NCBI GenBank assembly: GCA_028282585.1
Contig: JANQHR010000011.1
Span: 1 to 64,000 of the forward strand
Source: Bacteroidales bacterium
GTDB lineage: Bacteria; Bacteroidota; Bacteroidia; Bacteroidales; UBA12077
Length of the DNA: 64,000 nt
Direction: 5' to 3'
The notes beneath the pieces are model-generated. The model saw only the letters and a program-made list of their open reading frames with translations. It was not told the DNA's origin and ran no database searches. Shown here one piece after another: positions 60,109 through 64,000 of this stretch (positions are counted from its first letter, which is position 1; every line of letters begins with the position of its first letter). Position numbers and translations under genes: made by a program.

Positions 60109-60486
60109 ATGAAAAACTTTCTACTTTATATAACATTCATGATTCTATTTGGTTCTTTATATGCATCACCAAAACATTTGAAACAAAATCCGTTTGGTAA
60201 TGAAATACAACCTGATTCAACGAATGTTTTTGATATTCAAAAATTAAAACTATATCCTAATCCGGCTAGAGATTATATCTTTATTGAGTACGATGTGATT
60301 TATATAAAAGAAGCAAAGCTTCAGATATATAACTCAATAGGAGCAGTTGTCTATACCAAAACGCTTGAAGAAAAACAAGATAATTTAAGAATTTCGGTTA
60401 CTGACTATAAGAACGGTTTGTATTTTTGTTCCTTACAAATTGATGGAAAATTGTTAAATACAAAGAAAATTTTAATTAATCGTTAA
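60109..60486 (+). CDS. Small protein consisting almost only of a signal peptide and a type A T9SS CTD
   Basis: MKNFLLY...LYA signal; LYPNPA, IYNSIG, GLYF..L, KK.LI. Confidence 0.8.
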   Translation: MKNFLLYITFMILFGSLYASPKHLKQNPFGNEIQPDSTNVFDIQKLKLYPNPARDYIFIEYDVIYIKEAKLQIYNSIGAVVYTKTLEEKQDNLRISVTDYKNGLYFCSLQIDGKLLNTKKILINR

Positions 60487-61171
60487 GATATTTTTCCTTT
60501 AATATATTGATAAGCCGGCGAACTCCAATGCTGGCTTTTTCTTTTATAAATGTTACTTCTTTGTTCCATGTATAAACTTCATTCGGATCAATTAAAAAGA
60601 TGGGAATACCTTTAGGTACATAATCCAGTAACCCTGCCGCAGGATATACATTTAATGAAGTACCTATTACAACAAAAATATCTGCAGTTTGACAAATACT
60701 TGCAGCTTCGGAAATAGCTGGAACAGCTTCTCCAAACCAAACTATATGTGGTCTTAATTGAGAACCTTTTTCACACGTATCTCCCATTTTTAATTCCCAT
60801 TTGTCTAATTCGTAAATTAAATCAGGATCAGCTGTACTTCTCGCTTTTTTTAATTCACCATGTAAATGTAAAACCTTGGTACTTCCTGCTCTTTCGTGCA
60901 AATCATCTACGTTTTGAGTAACTATTTGAACATCGAAAAATTCTTCTAATTCAAATAATCCAAAATGTCCATAATTTGGAACAGCTTCAAAAAGTTTTTT
61001 TCTACGTTCATTATAAAATCGCATAACCAGTTCAGGGTTACTTTCCCAGGCATGCGGACTTGCCACTTCCATTACATCGTATTCTTCCCATAGTCCGCCC
61101 ATTTCTCGAAATGTTCTTATTCCGCTTTCTGCGCTAATTCCTGATCCGGTTAAAACAATAAGTTTTTTCAT
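60476..61171 (-). CDS. cobB: NAD-dependent protein deacylase (sirtuin class III)
   Basis: TGSGISAESGI.TFR, FYN.RR, TQNVDDLHERAG, LHG, RPHIVWFGE, GTSL.VYPAA. Confidence 0.95.
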   Translation of the reverse strand: MKKLIVLTGSGISAESGIRTFREMGGLWEEYDVMEVASPHAWESNPELVMRFYNERRKKLFEAVPNYGHFGLFELEEFFDVQIVTQNVDDLHERAGSTKVLHLHGELKKARSTADPDLIYELDKWELKMGDTCEKGSQLRPHIVWFGEAVPAISEAASICQTADIFVVIGTSLNVYPAAGLLDYVPKGIPIFLIDPNEVYTWNKEVTFIKEKASIGVRRLINILKEKYLND

Positions 61172-61319
61172 TATCTATATTTAAAATCAGTGTGTTAAAA
61201 CTTTACTAATTTACGGAACTTTTCTTTTTTATGAAATATTCAAGTATTTGTACCTTTTTTTAGTAATTTAGCCTATGTATTCAGTTTTATAAGGTGCTGA
61301 ATTTCTGACAAATAGACTT

Positions 61320-63269
61320 ATGATTGACCATAGTACCATACTAAGAATAATTGACACTGCCGAGATAACTGAAGTTGTTCAGGACTTTGTTAATTTAAAG
61401 AAGCGTGGTGTAAATTATTTGGGATTGTGTCCTTTTCATAACGAAAAAACACCATCATTTACTGTTTCTCCTTCAAAAGGAATATATAAATGCTTTGGTT
61501 GTGGCAAGGGAGGAAATTCAGTTAATTTTATTATGGAACATGAGCATTTGAGTTATCCTGAAGCTTTAAAATATCTAGCTAAGAAATATAATATTGAGGT
61601 TGTAGAGAAGGAACTTACGGCAGAGGAAATTCAACAACAAAATGAGCGAGACAGTCTTTTGGTTGTAACCAAATATGCAAATTCGTACTTTCAAGACAAG
61701 TTACACAATAATACTGATGGAAGAGCAATTGGATTAAGTTATTTCAAAGAAAGAGGATTTCGTGAAGACATTATCAAAAAATTTGAATTAGGATATAGTT
61801 TAGATGTTCGTGATGCTTTGACTATTGCTGCTAAGGAAAAAGGTTATAAGATCGATTTTCTTGAGAAAACGGGATTAACTATTGTTAATGAAAATGGTCA
61901 ATATGATCGTTTTCGGGGACGTGTAATTTTTCCTATCCATGGCTTGTCAGGAAATGTTATTGGCTTTGGAGGAAGAATCTTAAAAAAAGATGCAAAAGCG
62001 GCCAAATATTTGAACTCTCCGGAATCGGATATTTATCATAAAAGTAAGGTATTATACGGAATGTATTATGCCAAAAAAAGTATTACTCAACTTGATAAAT
62101 GTTACTTAGTTGAAGGTTATACGGATGTAATCTCTATGCATCAATCAGGAATAGAGAATGTTGTAGCTTCTTCTGGTACTTCATTAACAGTAGAGCAAAT
62201 TAGGTTAGTAAAACGTTTTACGCCAAATGTAACAATAATTTATGATGGTGATGCTGCCGGAATAAAAGCTTCACTTCGAGGGATTGATCTGGTTTTGGAA
62301 CAAGGATTAAATGTAAAAGTTCTGTTATTACCTGATGGCGAAGATCCGGATTCTTTTGCAAAATCTAATAGTTCAACTGAACTTGAGGAATTTATCAAAA
62401 AAAATGAAGAAGATTTTATCACATTTAAGACACGTTTGTTATTTGATGAAGCAAAAAACGACCCGGTAAGAAAAGCAAATCTCATAACCGATATTGTTCG
62501 ATCTATTGCTGTAATACCGGAAACTATTATAAGAACTGTATATATAAAAGAGTGTAGTAACATTCTTGAAATTGACGAAAAAGTTCTTTACGGTGAAATA
62601 AACAAGATCCGAAGGAAAAATTACGAAAAAGAGTATAAAAGAACAATCTCACCTGATGAAACTTTTAAAACAGCATCGCCAACTGTGCCTTCGTTTGTTG
62701 ATGATGTTTATTCCGAAGCTCAGGAAAAAGAAATTATTCGTTTATTGTTGCATTATTCTGAACAAACGCTATATACATATCAGGAAGATAAATATGATGA
62801 GCCAAGACAAGTTTCTGTAGCAGAATATATTATTGGAGAAATTTTAAACGATGATTTAGAGTTTAAAAATTTAATTTATAAGCAGATATTTCAGGAATAT
62901 TTAGCTGCATTAAATTCTGGAGAACAAATCGACAAAAAGCATTTTATTTATCATTCCGATCCGGGAATATCTAAACTTGCTGCAGATTTATTAAGTACTT
63001 CCTATACATTAAGTAAAATCTTTAAAAAAGGAGGTGTTCATATTGAAACGGAGGAGATGAAATTAAAGCAGTTAGTGCCGGAAACAATAATAGCATATAA
63101 AAGAAAAATTTTGGAGATTGCACAAAGCGATGCAAAATCCAGATTAAAAGAGTTTCAAGACTCTAATGCATCTCCTGAAGAAATTGATCAGTTGCAAAAA
63201 GAATTTATGCGAATCACTTCTGTTATTAGTGCAATTTCAAAAGACCGGGGCTGGGTTGCATTTAAATAA
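61320..63269 (+). CDS. dnaG: DNA primase
   Basis: CPFHNEKTPSF..CFGC zinc finger, KYLNSPE, VEGYTDV, YDGDAAG, DPD. Confidence 0.98.
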   Translation: MIDHSTILRIIDTAEITEVVQDFVNLKKRGVNYLGLCPFHNEKTPSFTVSPSKGIYKCFGCGKGGNSVNFIMEHEHLSYPEALKYLAKKYNIEVVEKELTAEEIQQQNERDSLLVVTKYANSYFQDKLHNNTDGRAIGLSYFKERGFREDIIKKFELGYSLDVRDALTIAAKEKGYKIDFLEKTGLTIVNENGQYDRFRGRVIFPIHGLSGNVIGFGGRILKKDAKAAKYLNSPESDIYHKSKVLYGMYYAKKSITQLDKCYLVEGYTDVISMHQSGIENVVASSGTSLTVEQIRLVKRFTPNVTIIYDGDAAGIKASLRGIDLVLEQGLNVKVLLLPDGEDPDSFAKSNSSTELEEFIKKNEEDFITFKTRLLFDEAKNDPVRKANLITDIVRSIAVIPETIIRTVYIKECSNILEIDEKVLYGEINKIRRKNYEKEYKRTISPDETFKTASPTVPSFVDDVYSEAQEKEIIRLLLHYSEQTLYTYQEDKYDEPRQVSVAEYIIGEILNDDLEFKNLIYKQIFQEYLAALNSGEQIDKKHFIYHSDPGISKLAADLLSTSYTLSKIFKKGGVHIETEEMKLKQLVPETIIAYKRKILEIAQSDAKSRLKEFQDSNASPEEIDQLQKEFMRITSVISAISKDRGWVAFK

Positions 63270-63417
63270 TAGTTCTTTGTTTTTTTGTTATAATACAAAA
63301 AGTAAAAAAAGCTTTTACGATAAATTGATTAATTCGATTTCCTGCCCGTTTTATTTCTTCACTATTTAGGTAACGATCGGTAAATTATATATTACAAATA
63401 AAAAAAAGAATATTTAA

Positions 63418-63445
63418 AAATCCGGTTAAATATATAACCGGATTT
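63418..63445. terminator. Terminator hairpin (creD direction, possibly bidirectional)
   Basis: AAATCCGGTTA-AATATA-TAACCGGATTT. Confidence 0.75.
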
Positions 63446-63472
63446 AATGAAAACTAAACTAAACCAAACCAA

Positions 63473-64000
63473 TCAACTTACTATATTTGAAATATCATTA
63501 CCATTATTATTGTTATTAAGATTGGAATACCAGTTTACTTTTCGTGATAAGTACATTACTATAGCTAAAGCTAAGAATAATCCAATGCTTCCTAGTAATA
63601 GAGAATAATCTTGCAGTTGTAGAATAATAAATAAGAAAGCATAGAGTATAATTAGTACTAGAGCTACAATAGATGTAAGCCGTACATTGTTAAATATACT
63701 ATACGAATATGTCGTAATTAAAGCAATTATTGCAAAACTTGCTATAAAGTAGGCCAGGTTAAAACTGAAATGTTCGGATAATGATACTAGGAGAGTGTAA
63801 AAGATGCTTAAACCTAAACCTACTAGCAAGTATTGAATCGGATGAATCCGTTTTTTATTTAATATTTCTGTAAAAAAGAAGATCAGAAATGTTAATGATA
63901 TAAACATAATAGCATATTTAACTGATCTTTCTGATTTTTGATAATGATCTACCGGAAGTAATAATTTTACTCCAAACGATGATGAATTTATTCCATAACC
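63473..64000 (-). CDS. creD: Inner membrane protein CreD, 3' part (runs off the window)
   Basis: Frame open to the window end: FGVKLLLPVDHYQKSERSVKYA.MFI.LTF...IHPIQYLLVG...LL.SLSEH. Confidence 0.92.
   Translation of the reverse strand, partial: GYGINSSSFGVKLLLPVDHYQKSERSVKYAIMFISLTFLIFFFTEILNKKRIHPIQYLLVGLGLSIFYTLLVSLSEHFSFNLAYFIASFAIIALITTYSYSIFNNVRLTSIVALVLIILYAFLFIILQLQDYSLLLGSIGLFLALAIVMYLSRKVNWYSNLNNNNNGNDISNIVS

Noticed and set aside
459-63369. Numerous 60-130 aa ORFs antisense to or overlapping long genes in the ORF track (for example 35278-35661, 37048-37368, 18327-18641)
   Set aside because: Shadow ORFs of well-supported genes with no recognisable motifs.

Overview
AT-rich (roughly 30% GC by eye) chromosomal segment of a Bacteroidota bacterium, probably an environmental Bacteroidales. 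Evidence: T9SS cargo, PorP/SprF, TAnnTTTG promoters and a one-Cys DksA-like gene beside ileS/lspA. It is mostly housekeeping: rpoN, asnS, ispD, acyl-CoA ligase, cysH, lgt, lspA, ileS, riboflavin synthase, rnr, ubiX, cobB, dnaG and creD. It also holds four T9SS-linked loci: a SprB-like adhesin with PorP, a Lys-gingipain-like C25 protease, a tail-fibre/tailspike-like gene pair, and a CTD-only protein. There is a sigma54 two-component system with a lone MacB-type permease and a TetR-TolC-MFP-RND efflux operon. I found no rRNA, tRNA, CRISPR, prophage or intact transposase. The most unusual signals are: (i) a decayed four-helix-bundle gene bracketed by inverted 7-bp arrays inside the efflux operon, followed by nested REP-like and MITE-like miniature elements; (ii) a TetR-linked ACP-like protein with Ile at the phosphopantetheine Ser, followed by a structured 3' region; (iii) secreted phage-tail-fibre-like proteins outside any phage context; (iv) an apparently catalytically dead zincin-like protein; (v) a 46-bp IS3-end-like element inside a terminator loop. 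All family calls come from motif recognition only; no searches were run.
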